Positions 1 through 8,268 are shown, counted from the first letter of the stretch. The stretch: DNA of 32,000 nt from Candidatus Korarchaeum cryptofilum OPF8 (GCF_000019605.1 NC_010482.1:1380001-1412000); one strand, 5' to 3'. The notes: generated by a model from the sequence alone, not told the origin. Numbers and translations: made by a program.

Positions 1-105
1 ATGGACTACGGAGGGGCCAGGGGCAATACGAAGGTCGTGGAGAGGATGGCTTTGCCCCCGGAACAGATGAAGTCCCTCCTCTTTCAGATGGGAATAAGGA
101 TATAA
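1..105 (+). CDS. 3' end of an unidentified CDS entering the window (partial)
   Basis: Frame 1 is open from nt 1 to TAA at 103-105 (...KVVERMALPPEQMKSLLFQMGIRI*). Too short to assign a family. Confidence 0.3.
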   Translation: MDYGGARGNTKVVERMALPPEQMKSLLFQMGIRI

Positions 106-116
106 TCTCAAATTTT

Positions 117-1508
117 TTATTGAAAATCCATAATTTTAATTTCTAAATTCTCAAGATTTAATACGGGAACTTTCCCAACAGTTACCTCTATTCCCAAGCT
201 CCTTATGTAGGGGGTCTCATTCTCGAAAGTGCCCGAGTTGACCAGCTTGACTCCTCTATAATCACCCACACCGTAAACGTGGACATGACCGGTATGGAAT
301 AAGTTAGGTGGATTCTCTATTAGGAGCCAATCCCTCTCCTCGGGCGATATGGGATGCTCACCGTAGATTGGCACTAAGTTCCTCAACCTCAAGATCCATG
401 ACATCGCTTCCACTACCGTTTGCGGGTTCACGGGCTGCAGGCCAGGTATATGCTTCATCACAGCATTCAAGCTCCTTCCATGGTAGAGAAGGATGCTCAA
501 GCTCCCTATCTTTACCATCGATGGGTTAGGGAGAGCTACTATGTTATGATTGGCATCCAGTAATATATCCAGATAGTCAGATTGGAGCTCAGGCTGGGGT
601 TCAGCCTGTCTAACGGGCTCATGATTCCCCGGAATGTAAATAACCTTGATCCCACTCGGTATCCTGGAGAGGAACCTGCCAGCGTATTCGAATTGTTTGT
701 AGACATCTGATATCCTGAGCTCCTCCTCCTGATTGGGGTAGACACCTATGCCATCGACCAGATCCCCGCATATTATGAGGTACCTCACATCCCTCGCATC
801 CTCGCTCCTCAACCACCTCACGAACTTCTCGAATGCCCACTCATTGAAGTACCTGCTCCCCACATGCACATCGCTTATCATTACAGCCCTACCCTCATGC
901 CTTCCCTCAGAGACCTCATCGCTCTTGACATCTGGGAGGAGGATGCTCTCCCCATACAACTTCCCATTGACGTAGGTCCCCCTGACCCCTATCACACTAT
1001 CCAATGGTGTCCTCTCGGCGAGCTCCCAAGCCCTGCTATCCCTCCTGAATACGACGTTAACTGTTCCGCTTTCATCTTCAATAACCATCCTTATTGACCC
1101 ATCTTTTGCTGAAATTTTTTCCATTATCATACCTATTATGAAGAGATTGTCCCCATTTCTGGTAGTCTTATTCCTCAGCTCCGCTATGGGTATGGGTTCG
1201 AGATCCACCCATCTCGCTACCAAGGGCCTGAGCTTATCGAATCTCGCTCTGATGAATCTTATGAACTCCTCCACGTTTCCTGAGATGCCTAAGTTATCCG
1301 GTTTCAGGATCACATCGAATTCGATCTTTTCATCGCTCTCAGCCCTCATCAGGGGGAGGATATCCTCGTAATCTATGACGGGCTTACGGGGTAACAACTC
1401 CACTATCCTCTCAACATCATCCATTCGCATCAAGCAGCTCAGAGCCTCAGGCGTTAGATTGAGGCCCCTCCTCAGGAACTTTCTGAGCAGCTCAACTTCG
1501 CTCATCAT
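117..1508 (-). CDS. polB: DNA polymerase II (PolD) small subunit DP1, Mre11-like phosphoesterase
   Basis: Calcineurin-like phosphoesterase motifs are intact: VMISDVHVGS, ICGDLVDGIG, GNHE, GHVH. An OB-fold-like region precedes them. The ORF track extends to a TTG at 1526. The tandem ATG at 1508/1505 (MMSEVELLRKFL...) fits the DP1 N-terminus and lies about 21-25 nt from a TATA-like ATTTTAAC on the minus strand. Confidence 0.9.
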   Translation of the reverse strand: MMSEVELLRKFLRRGLNLTPEALSCLMRMDDVERIVELLPRKPVIDYEDILPLMRAESDEKIEFDVILKPDNLGISGNVEEFIRFIRARFDKLRPLVARWVDLEPIPIAELRNKTTRNGDNLFIIGMIMEKISAKDGSIRMVIEDESGTVNVVFRRDSRAWELAERTPLDSVIGVRGTYVNGKLYGESILLPDVKSDEVSEGRHEGRAVMISDVHVGSRYFNEWAFEKFVRWLRSEDARDVRYLIICGDLVDGIGVYPNQEEELRISDVYKQFEYAGRFLSRIPSGIKVIYIPGNHEPVRQAEPQPELQSDYLDILLDANHNIVALPNPSMVKIGSLSILLYHGRSLNAVMKHIPGLQPVNPQTVVEAMSWILRLRNLVPIYGEHPISPEERDWLLIENPPNLFHTGHVHVYGVGDYRGVKLVNSGTFENETPYIRSLGIEVTVGKVPVLNLENLEIKIMDFQ

Positions 1509-1545
1509 GCGATCGGGGGATCTCAAGTTAAAATCGTTAGAGGGG

Positions 1546-1553
1546 CATGTGAA
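1546..1553. repeat. Left copy of 8-bp direct repeat CATGTGAA flanking the IS
   Basis: Exact 8-mer is repeated at 3478-3485. A chance match between two ~100-bp flanks is not negligible. Confidence 0.3.
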
Positions 1554-1628
1554 ACTCCGTTCCCAGGAGGGTTATTCAGCAGTTTCTGAGTAGTTAACTT
1601 TATATAGCCCTTCTTAACAATTATTTAC

Positions 1629-2261
1629 ATGATGCCTGAAAAGTTGCTGACGCTTCAAGAAGCTTGTAGAAGGTTGGGAATACATCCCAATACGCTCAGG
1701 AAGTGGGATAAACAGGGGAAGATAAGGGTCGTCAGGACTGTCGGTGGTAGAAGAAGGATACCTGAAAGCGAGCTTGAGCGTCTAATGGGATTTGTAAAGC
1801 CTGATGTATCAAAGAAAGCGGCAATTTATGTGAGGGTCTCTCCGCACGACCAAAAGCAGAAAGGTGATTTGGAAAGGCAGAAGCAAAGCCTACTGGATTA
1901 CGCAAAATCAAAGGGATACGAGGTTGTTGCAGTTTTAGAAGATGTAGCAAGTGGACTTAAAGAGGAGAGGGAATCGTTGAGCAAGCTCTTCAATCTTGTT
2001 GAGAAGCGGGAGATAGGAGTTACAATAGTGGCTTTTAAAGATAGGTTAACTAGGTTTGGCTTCAGTTATTTGGAGAGGTACTTCTCATCCCATGGTGTTA
2101 GGATTGAGGTTGTTAATGGGGAGGAGCCTGAGGACGCTTATAAAGAGCTCGTAGAGGACTTGATAGCCGTAGTATCGAGCTTCGCTGGGAAGCTCTATGG
2201 CTTGAGGAGCCATAAGTATGAGAGGGTGGTGAATGGTGTCAAACAGCTTATTGCTAACTGA
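1629..2261 (+). CDS. tnpA: IS607-family transposase TnpA (MerR-like HTH fused to a serine recombinase/resolvase domain)
   Basis: N-terminal HTH (LTLQEACRRLGIHPNTLRKWDKQGKI) is followed by a resolvase core with the catalytic Ser context AAIYVRVSPHDQKQKGDLERQ. A TATA-like AACTTTATATAG lies about 30 nt upstream. Confidence 0.85.
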   Translation: MMPEKLLTLQEACRRLGIHPNTLRKWDKQGKIRVVRTVGGRRRIPESELERLMGFVKPDVSKKAAIYVRVSPHDQKQKGDLERQKQSLLDYAKSKGYEVVAVLEDVASGLKEERESLSKLFNLVEKREIGVTIVAFKDRLTRFGFSYLERYFSSHGVRIEVVNGEEPEDAYKELVEDLIAVVSSFAGKLYGLRSHKYERVVNGVKQLIAN

Positions 2262-3414
2262 AACGTGCAAGTTCAAGCTCGAGCCCACAGAGGAGCAGAG
2301 AAAGGTACTGGAAGGACTTTTCTCCGCTTATAGGAGCATGGTTGAAGAGTGTCTGAAGAGTGCGATGAGCATGAATATAACATCCAGGAAGAGATTGCAT
2401 GAATCGATTTACGGAGAATTGAGGAGGAGATTTAGGGATTATCCTTCGCACTACATTTATACTGCTGTAACGGTGGCTTTAGGAATGTACAAATCGTATA
2501 GGAGGCTTTCAAGGAAGAGGAGTTATGTTAAGCCTCCATCGATAGAGCTGTTGAAAGCTGTCCTCCTCGACGATACGCATCTTTTTTGGTTCAACTGGGG
2601 AAGCCTCAAAATCGCTACACATAAGGGACACCTCACAATACCCTTCAGGCTCCATGAACACGCTGAGAAATTCAGAGGCTGGCAGGTTAAGGGCTCTAGG
2701 CTTGTGAGGGATGGGGACGAGTACTATCTCCATGTGACGTTCAAAAAGGTCGTTGAAGAGAAGGAATGCGAGGGACTCTTGGGGATAGATGTGAATGAGA
2801 AGAGCGTAGATTTAGCGATAATTAAGCCAGATAAGATTAAGTTTGTAAAGATAGACATAAGCGAAGCAAAATATATCAGAGATAGATACTTCAAGAAAAG
2901 GCAGAGTATCCAAAGAAGGACAAGGGGGGAAGTAAGAGCTAGGCTATTAGCTAAATACTCTAGAAGAGAGAGGTGGCGTGTAGATGCCATCCTCCACAAA
3001 GCAAGTAAAGTAATAGCTGAAATAGCGGCTGAAGAGAAAGTTAAGCCCGTGATGGAGAACTTGAAAAATATAAGAGAACGGATAAAATATAGAAGAAGAA
3101 TGAATAGAAGACTGCACAGCATGCCATTTAGAAAGATTCAGTTCTCAATTTCCTATAAATCGATCGAGAGAGGTTATAAACCTGAATATATTGATGCTAG
3201 AAATACCTCTAGGATGTGCCCGATATGTGGCGAATTGAATAAGCCGAATGGGCACATCTATAAATGTAGGAGATGCGGCTTCCAAGCGGACAGGCATATT
3301 GTGGCCGCTTGGAATATAGCTGCAAAACTCCCGATGTGCCGTCCTTTACCGTTGGCGGCGAAAGCCACCGAAGCCTTAAAGGCTGAGGTGGAACGGATAG
3401 TTATAAAATGTTGA
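2233..3414 (+). CDS. tnpB: TnpB (OrfB, IS200/IS605-IS607 accessory RuvC-like RNA-guided nuclease family)
   Basis: N-terminus is typical (TCKFKLEPTEEQRKVL). RuvC-like acidic motifs are present: GIDVNEKS, VMENLKNI, QADRHIVAAWNIA. A CPICG...CRRCG zinc ribbon is present. It overlaps tnpA by 29 nt and has GGGTGGTGA upstream of the ATG. Confidence 0.9.
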   Translation: MVSNSLLLTETCKFKLEPTEEQRKVLEGLFSAYRSMVEECLKSAMSMNITSRKRLHESIYGELRRRFRDYPSHYIYTAVTVALGMYKSYRRLSRKRSYVKPPSIELLKAVLLDDTHLFWFNWGSLKIATHKGHLTIPFRLHEHAEKFRGWQVKGSRLVRDGDEYYLHVTFKKVVEEKECEGLLGIDVNEKSVDLAIIKPDKIKFVKIDISEAKYIRDRYFKKRQSIQRRTRGEVRARLLAKYSRRERWRVDAILHKASKVIAEIAAEEKVKPVMENLKNIRERIKYRRRMNRRLHSMPFRKIQFSISYKSIERGYKPEYIDARNTSRMCPICGELNKPNGHIYKCRRCGFQADRHIVAAWNIAAKLPMCRPLPLAAKATEALKAEVERIVIKC

Positions 3415-3477
3415 CTATCCGACAACGGTTGAATGAAATGGACCTCACAGGGATCCTTTTCTAAGAATCCCTTAACT

Positions 3478-3485
3478 CATGTGAA
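3478..3485. repeat. Right copy of 8-bp direct repeat CATGTGAA flanking the IS
   Basis: Exact 8-mer is repeated at 1546-1553. Confidence 0.3.
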
Positions 3486-3502
3486 TGTCAATTCCGGATA
3501 AG

Positions 3503-4258
3503 TTACGTCATATCGCCGCAAGAACACCAAGCTTCATTCAGAGAATCGAAGACCTCTCCGAAACCCTGGAAGTACTTAGCTGAGATGGGTATGACCCTTA
3601 TCGGCGATCTGAAGGAAGATATGGCTTTCAAGAGGTCTTGCAGAGCATCGGCATAGACGCCATTCCTCCCCTCCAATACGCTCATCTCTCCCCTCAGGAC
3701 AGCCTCCCACACATCGCTGAAATCCCTCCCTCCCCAGAGATCGGATTTATTGAGCACTGGAATTACCTTGACTCCCAGCTTGAGCTCCAGTATCTTAGCG
3801 AGGAAGGCGGAGGATAAGAGGTCCTCTAAATCCCTCTTCGGATCGTAATCCCCCAAGTATATGGAGAGGAGCCTCATGCCCCTAGATAGCCTCTCGCATA
3901 AAGCTCTACCGGTAGGCCTGAATGCGAATATCTCCATCTGCCCCGGAGTATCTATTATCAGGGTATCGCAATCCAGCGATGTGAGGGATTCAACTATATC
4001 TTCGGATCGATCAACTATTAAGTCTGCAGCCCTCACTATGGCGCCATTCGGCCCCAAATTCTCCCTCCTCATCAGATCCTCCACGCTTATAATATCCCTT
4101 ATATCGTAAGAGGGCTCGTAAGGTAGTGAGGATGCCCCGGGATCTAAGTTGACCGGGCAACTCTTAATCAGGAAGTTCCCGTTCAACCACCTCGAGAAGT
4201 TGGCCGTGAAGGTGGTCTTGCCCGAGCCGGCCGTACCCAGCACGATCACACCTTTCAT
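3503..4258 (-). CDS. GPN-loop GTPase (PAB0955/Npa3 family)
   Basis: G1 is GTAGSGKTT, the GPN loop is NLGPNGAIV, G3 is DTPGQMEIF and G4 is NKSDL. Confidence 0.85.
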   Translation of the reverse strand: MKGVIVLGTAGSGKTTFTANFSRWLNGNFLIKSCPVNLDPGASSLPYEPSYDIRDIISVEDLMRRENLGPNGAIVRAADLIVDRSEDIVESLTSLDCDTLIIDTPGQMEIFAFRPTGRALCERLSRGMRLLSIYLGDYDPKRDLEDLLSSAFLAKILELKLGVKVIPVLNKSDLWGGRDFSDVWEAVLRGEMSVLEGRNGVYADALQDLLKAISSFRSPIRVIPISAKYFQGFGEVFDSLNEAWCSCGDMT

Positions 4259-4303
4259 CCCATCACCAAAAATTTTTAGGCTGTGATGAAATTAAAGAGT
4301 GGT

Positions 4304-4406
4304 GCCGGGGTACCCTAGCCAGAGGGCCAGCTACCGGCTAAGAAAGGGGCCGGACTCGAGATCCGGTGGCCTCCGGGCCTCGTGGGTTCAAATCCCACCC
4401 CCGGCG
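4304..4406 (+). tRNA. tRNA-Ser(CGA), class II, with about 16-19 extra nt in the D-arm region (putative non-canonical intron)
   Basis: Acceptor stem is GCCGGGG/CCCCGGC with discriminator G. Anticodon arm is CCGGA-CTCGAGA-TCCGG (anticodon CGA at 4357-4359). The long variable arm is GGCC-TCCG-GGCC. T arm is GTGGG-TTCAAAT-CCCAC. There are 39 nt between the acceptor and anticodon stems, where about 20-23 are expected. Confidence 0.8.
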
Positions 4407-6734
4407 CTAATCAGATATCTTATGGAGCCTAACCAGATCTGATTTGAAGGGGCTCAACTCCTCGGGTATCTCCACTTTTATAGGTTCCCTCATGCTGAGG
4501 TTCTTCTCCTTCCTCATCCTCCATACGCTGCTGTTGAACTCCATCAAAGCCTCACCCAGCTTGAGGTAATCCGTGTAGTACTCATCCCTCGGCTCCGGAA
4601 GCCTCTCTAAGTGGACCGAGCCCCCGTAAATTTGCCTCCATATGTAATCAGTTATGTGAGGTATTATCGGCGCTGAGAGTTTGAGGACCGCCCTTAAGAC
4701 CTGATGGAGGGTCCATCTAGCGGATTTAGCCTCCCCCTCATCTCCAATACCGTAAGCCCTCTCCTTGACTAACTCGATGTAATGGGGGGCGAAGACATCC
4801 CAAACGAAGCTCCTCACTTCATTAGCTGGGTCGAAGAAATCGAAGTTCCTGTAGCCATTTAAAGCCCTCTCTATAGCTCTATTCAATCTGCCCAATATCC
4901 AAAGATCAGCTGGCTGCAAATCAACCCTGCCCTCAGGCTCCTCGAACTGAGATATGAACCTAGCGACGTTCCAGAGTTTCTGGAGGAACTTATAAGCTCC
5001 TTCTATCTTCCTCTCGGATATCCTCAAGTCCGATCCATGGTGAGCCTCAGCGGCGCCGAAGAACCTGACAGCATCAGCACCATATTTTTCGAACAGGGGC
5101 CATGGATAGATCACGTTGCCCAAACTTTTATGCATAGCTCTCCCCTGGGCATCTAAACCCATTCCGGAGAGCCAGACGTGCTTGAAGGCTTGCCTCCCCA
5201 ATATCTGATGGACCCTGAGGAATGTGTAGTGGAGCCATGTCCTCACTATATCCTTGCCCTGGGGCCTCAAGTCGCTAGGTCCGAGCTTCTTGAAAATATC
5301 ATCGTTCCAGAGGTATCCGTTGTAAACGAGAGGAGATATGGAGGAATCGAACCAGGTATCGAATACCCTGGTCTCCCCCTCGAAACCCTCAGAGGAGCCG
5401 CAGTGCGGACACTTATCGAACGGGGGCTCATCCTTCCAAGGCCTGTAATACCTCCCAGGACTCGGTAGCACTGGCTTTCCGCATTTCTTGCAGTACCAAA
5501 CCGGTATCTCCGTAGCGTAATACCTCCTCCTCGATATGGGCCAATCCGAGCTTATCGATCTCAGCCACTCCCTCCAGTAGTTAGAGGACCACTCGGGATA
5601 GAACCTGACAGTATTCAGGTAATTCTCGAGCTCCTTAATGAAATCTACCTGCTTGAGGTAGTATTCCCTCATGGGGATTATCTCCAGCGGGGTCTTGCAC
5701 CTCCAACAAACTGGCGTCCTATGAATTATATCCTCCACTCTCTCCAATAAACCCTCTCTCTCTAGATCCTCCACGATCCTCTGCCTAGCTTCGCTTATCG
5801 TCAGTCCCTTGTACCTTCCAGCAGCTTCGTTCATGAGACCATCCTCATCCACAACTATCCTGGGATCGAGCCCCAGCTCCCTGAAGAGCTGCACGTCCAT
5901 CTTATCTCCGTATGAGCATACCATCACTAGACCCGTCCCGAACTCGGGGTCAGCGTATGGATGCTCTAATACGGGGACGATATCTCCCAGGGGCGTGACC
6001 ACTCTCTTCCCCCTGAGCCAATGGTACCTCGAGTCATCCGGATTGTATATCACAGCTCTGCACGCTGGAAGTAGCTCGGGCCTAGTCGTAGCTATAGTGA
6101 CTTTCTCATCACTCCCCTCAACCCCGAACCTCAGATAGACCAATTTAGTAGGTATTTCGCTGTATTCAACTTCAGCATCAGCTAAAGTCGTCCTGCACCT
6201 CGGACAGTAAACGTTAGGCCTGTAATCTTCATAAATGAACCCCTTATTCCATGCATCTATGAAAGTAGCTTGGGTCACCATCCTCCACAGCTCGCTATCC
6301 GTCTGGAAGTACTGCTCAGTCGTGAAGCTGATGCCCAGCCTCTTGGTTATCGAAACTATATCCTGTTCAGCCTCATCTAAGAACTCCCTGCAGAGCTTTA
6401 TGAACTCCTCCCTCGGGTATTCGAACATCCTTATCTTATAACGCTTCTCCGTCTCTACTTCAACCGGGAGCCCGTTCCTGTCTATCCCCAGGGGGAAGTA
6501 GACCTCGTAGCCCATCATCCTCATGGTCCTAGCTATCATATCTATCTGGGAGTAGTGTATCGCCGCAGCTATGTGCCATTTCCCGCTAGCATAAGGGGGA
6601 GGGGTATCTATTGAGAATGTGGGCTTCTCAGTATTCGGATCGAACTTATAAATTCTCTCCTCATTCCAGATCCTCTGTATCTGGAGCTCCATCTCAGGAG
6701 ACCAGTGCTTCTCCTTGAGCTTAGGCTCGAGCAA
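4407..6734 (-). CDS. valS: Class Ia aminoacyl-tRNA synthetase, best fit valyl-tRNA synthetase (signature motifs atypical)
   Basis: Archaeal ValRS-like N-terminus is present (SIDTPPPYASGK..., FPLGIDRNGLPVE). CP1/editing-type motifs are present (TTRPELLPAC, GTGLVMVCSYGDKMD). There are several CxxC zinc knuckles and a KMSKS-position HKSLGN. The HIGH position reads HIAA. Confidence 0.75.
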   Translation of the reverse strand: MLEPKLKEKHWSPEMELQIQRIWNEERIYKFDPNTEKPTFSIDTPPPYASGKWHIAAAIHYSQIDMIARTMRMMGYEVYFPLGIDRNGLPVEVETEKRYKIRMFEYPREEFIKLCREFLDEAEQDIVSITKRLGISFTTEQYFQTDSELWRMVTQATFIDAWNKGFIYEDYRPNVYCPRCRTTLADAEVEYSEIPTKLVYLRFGVEGSDEKVTIATTRPELLPACRAVIYNPDDSRYHWLRGKRVVTPLGDIVPVLEHPYADPEFGTGLVMVCSYGDKMDVQLFRELGLDPRIVVDEDGLMNEAAGRYKGLTISEARQRIVEDLEREGLLERVEDIIHRTPVCWRCKTPLEIIPMREYYLKQVDFIKELENYLNTVRFYPEWSSNYWREWLRSISSDWPISRRRYYATEIPVWYCKKCGKPVLPSPGRYYRPWKDEPPFDKCPHCGSSEGFEGETRVFDTWFDSSISPLVYNGYLWNDDIFKKLGPSDLRPQGKDIVRTWLHYTFLRVHQILGRQAFKHVWLSGMGLDAQGRAMHKSLGNVIYPWPLFEKYGADAVRFFGAAEAHHGSDLRISERKIEGAYKFLQKLWNVARFISQFEEPEGRVDLQPADLWILGRLNRAIERALNGYRNFDFFDPANEVRSFVWDVFAPHYIELVKERAYGIGDEGEAKSARWTLHQVLRAVLKLSAPIIPHITDYIWRQIYGGSVHLERLPEPRDEYYTDYLKLGEALMEFNSSVWRMRKEKNLSMREPIKVEIPEELSPFKSDLVRLHKISD

Positions 6735-6779
6735 TATTTCCCCTCCAGCCCCGCAGATCTATCGACCCAATAAAAATCT

Positions 6780-7382
6780 TCATTCCACCTGATAGCGACA
6801 ACCCGCCAGTAGCCTAGATACTATGTCCACTATCCTGAGCTGCTCCGGTACCTTGGATTCCACTATGTACCTCAGTATCACCCTCTCAGCCTCATCCCCA
6901 CTCATCCCTATGGTCGAGTAGAAACAAACACCCTTGGGGGTCCTCAGTGGGTTATAAGGCGGATTCCTCCTCACTATCTCGAGTTTCTCAATCATACCGG
7001 CTGAGACGATAGCTCTCTCTATCTCATTCGTCGGTACTTTAGATGTGACAGCTATGAGGGGTATGCCCGTCTCCTCGTAGAATCTGCTTACATCCACTAC
7101 GTTCAAGCCGGCGAAAGTAGTACCGTGGCTCATAACAACTCTCACTTCCTCCCTGAGCTTGGGGCTCCTCACCATCCTTATCAGAGCCTCAGTGGAGTCA
7201 TCTCCATCCACGGATATCCTCTCCTTCATGGATAATTCGATCACGAGATCCCTGAACATGATCCCAACTAGGAAAGTATCAGCGTCCTTTCCCCTCTCGA
7301 ATGGGGAGTCATCGACTGCAAGTATCCTACCCTTGATGCTCAAGCCGCATCGAGGGATACTGGGCCCTTTATATTTTTCCAT
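6780..7382 (-). CDS. DUF99/UPF0215 family protein (EndoV-like fold)
   Basis: The family-typical core is RILAVDDSPF...FLVGIMFR...DGDDST. The ATG at 7382 gives 200 aa. A TTG at 7343 (M-SIKGRILAVDDSPF) sits about 29 nt from a TATA box at 7367-7378 and matches the usual short N-terminus, so the true start may be 7343. Confidence 0.7.
   Translation of the reverse strand: MEKYKGPSIPRCGLSIKGRILAVDDSPFERGKDADTFLVGIMFRDLVIELSMKERISVDGDDSTEALIRMVRSPKLREEVRVVMSHGTTFAGLNVVDVSRFYEETGIPLIAVTSKVPTNEIERAIVSAGMIEKLEIVRRNPPYNPLRTPKGVCFYSTIGMSGDEAERVILRYIVESKVPEQLRIVDIVSRLLAGCRYQVE
7367..7378. promoter_or_regulatory. Shared bidirectional TATA element (CTTTATATTTTT / AAAAATATAAAG)
   Basis: This is the only AT-rich box between two divergent genes. 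It lies about 25 nt from the GGGPS ATG (7397) and about 29 nt from the candidate TTG (7343) of the DUF99 gene. Confidence 0.45.
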
Positions 7383-7396
7383 ACCCTCAAACCGGG

Positions 7397-8131
7397 ATGA
7401 GCCTGGAGGAGCGCATGAGGAAGGCTGAGAGGACTCTCTTAGCTGTACTGCTCGACCCAGCTAAACTGGATGATGAGGGAGCTAGGAAGTTAGCCAGGGC
7501 TGCTTCAGAAGGGGGAGCCGATCTCATATTCGTCGGGGGATCTATAGGGGCCGGTTTCAGGATAAATGAGATAATATTGAGCGTAAAGAAGGAATCAAAT
7601 ATACCGATAATACTCTTCCCCGGGAACGTCGATGGAGTATCCCCTTACGCTGATGCGATACTCTTCATGTCCCTGCTCAACTCAACTAATCCTTACTGGA
7701 TAATACAGGCTCAAGCTCTAGCAGCGATACCGATAAGGAGGATGGGCCTAGAGGCAATACCAACGGCTTACCTCATAGTGGAGCCGGGGCAGAGGAGCGC
7801 TGCAGGTTGGGTGGGCTCAGTCAACCCGATACCTAGGGACAAACCCGAGATAGCTTTAGCCTACGCCACAGCAGCAGAGATGCTCGGGATGAGGTGGATC
7901 TATCTGGAGGCCGGGAGCGGTGCTGAGGCTCCAGTCCCATCCGAGATGGTTAGATTAGTGAGGGAGAGGACGAATCTCGGCATAATAGTTGGTGGAGGCC
8001 TGAGATCTCCTGAGCTAGTGAGGGAGAGGGCTGAAGCTGGGGCTAATGTGATAGTGGTGGGGACGCATATCGAGGAGGGGAGGGATGCCCTAGCGAGTGT
8101 GAGGGAGATGAAGGAGGCCCTGAAGAGTTAA
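7397..8131 (+). CDS. pcrB: Geranylgeranylglyceryl phosphate synthase (PcrB/GGGPS family)
   Basis: TIM-barrel GGGPS pattern: LLDP, ADLIFVGGS, ILFPGN, YLEAGSGA, IVGGGLRSPE. Confidence 0.85.
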   Translation: MSLEERMRKAERTLLAVLLDPAKLDDEGARKLARAASEGGADLIFVGGSIGAGFRINEIILSVKKESNIPIILFPGNVDGVSPYADAILFMSLLNSTNPYWIIQAQALAAIPIRRMGLEAIPTAYLIVEPGQRSAAGWVGSVNPIPRDKPEIALAYATAAEMLGMRWIYLEAGSGAEAPVPSEMVRLVRERTNLGIIVGGGLRSPELVRERAEAGANVIVVGTHIEEGRDALASVREMKEALKS

Positions 8132-8268
8132 TAAATCCTGGCTAGGTCCGAGCTTCTAATTACTATCACCGACTTTTTGTTTAGCACATTAACTCAAGTG
8201 AAGTTAGCGCTCAACTCGGCGGGGGCTCGGGCGTAAAGCTTAATATTTGGTACTTCAGCGGATGATGA

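Larger units (their letters stand above)
1546..3485 (+). mobile_element. IS607-family insertion sequence (tnpA serine recombinase + tnpB); boundaries approximate
   Basis: Two overlapping transposon genes sit between two minus-strand housekeeping genes. An 8-bp direct repeat CATGTGAA at 1546-1553 and 3478-3485 brackets them. The size, about 1.9 kb, is typical for the family. Confidence 0.6.

Noticed and set aside
308-1593. Multiple 60-80 aa plus-strand ORFs antisense to the PolD small-subunit gene (308..529, 748..975, 864..1097, 1138..1371, 1375..1593)
   Set aside because: They are low-complexity Ser/Leu/Pro-rich translations typical of the antisense frame of a real gene. They have no promoter or SD signals. 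The minus-strand gene has unambiguous family motifs.
1588-3477. Shared CCCTT..CTTAAC strings near both IS ends (CCCTTCTTAAC at about 1602-1612; CCCTTAAC at about 3469-3476) as terminal repeats
   Set aside because: The match is short, gapped and in direct orientation, which is not distinguishable from chance. The exact 8-mer CATGTGAA is the better, though still weak, boundary marker.
8262-8268. C-box-like ATGATGA immediately upstream of tRNA-Gln, and a second ATGATGATG at about 8450-8458; possible C/D box sRNAs
   Set aside because: No D box (CTGA) lies at a suitable distance, and there is no terminal stem or C'/D' pair. The sequence downstream of the first is the tRNA itself.
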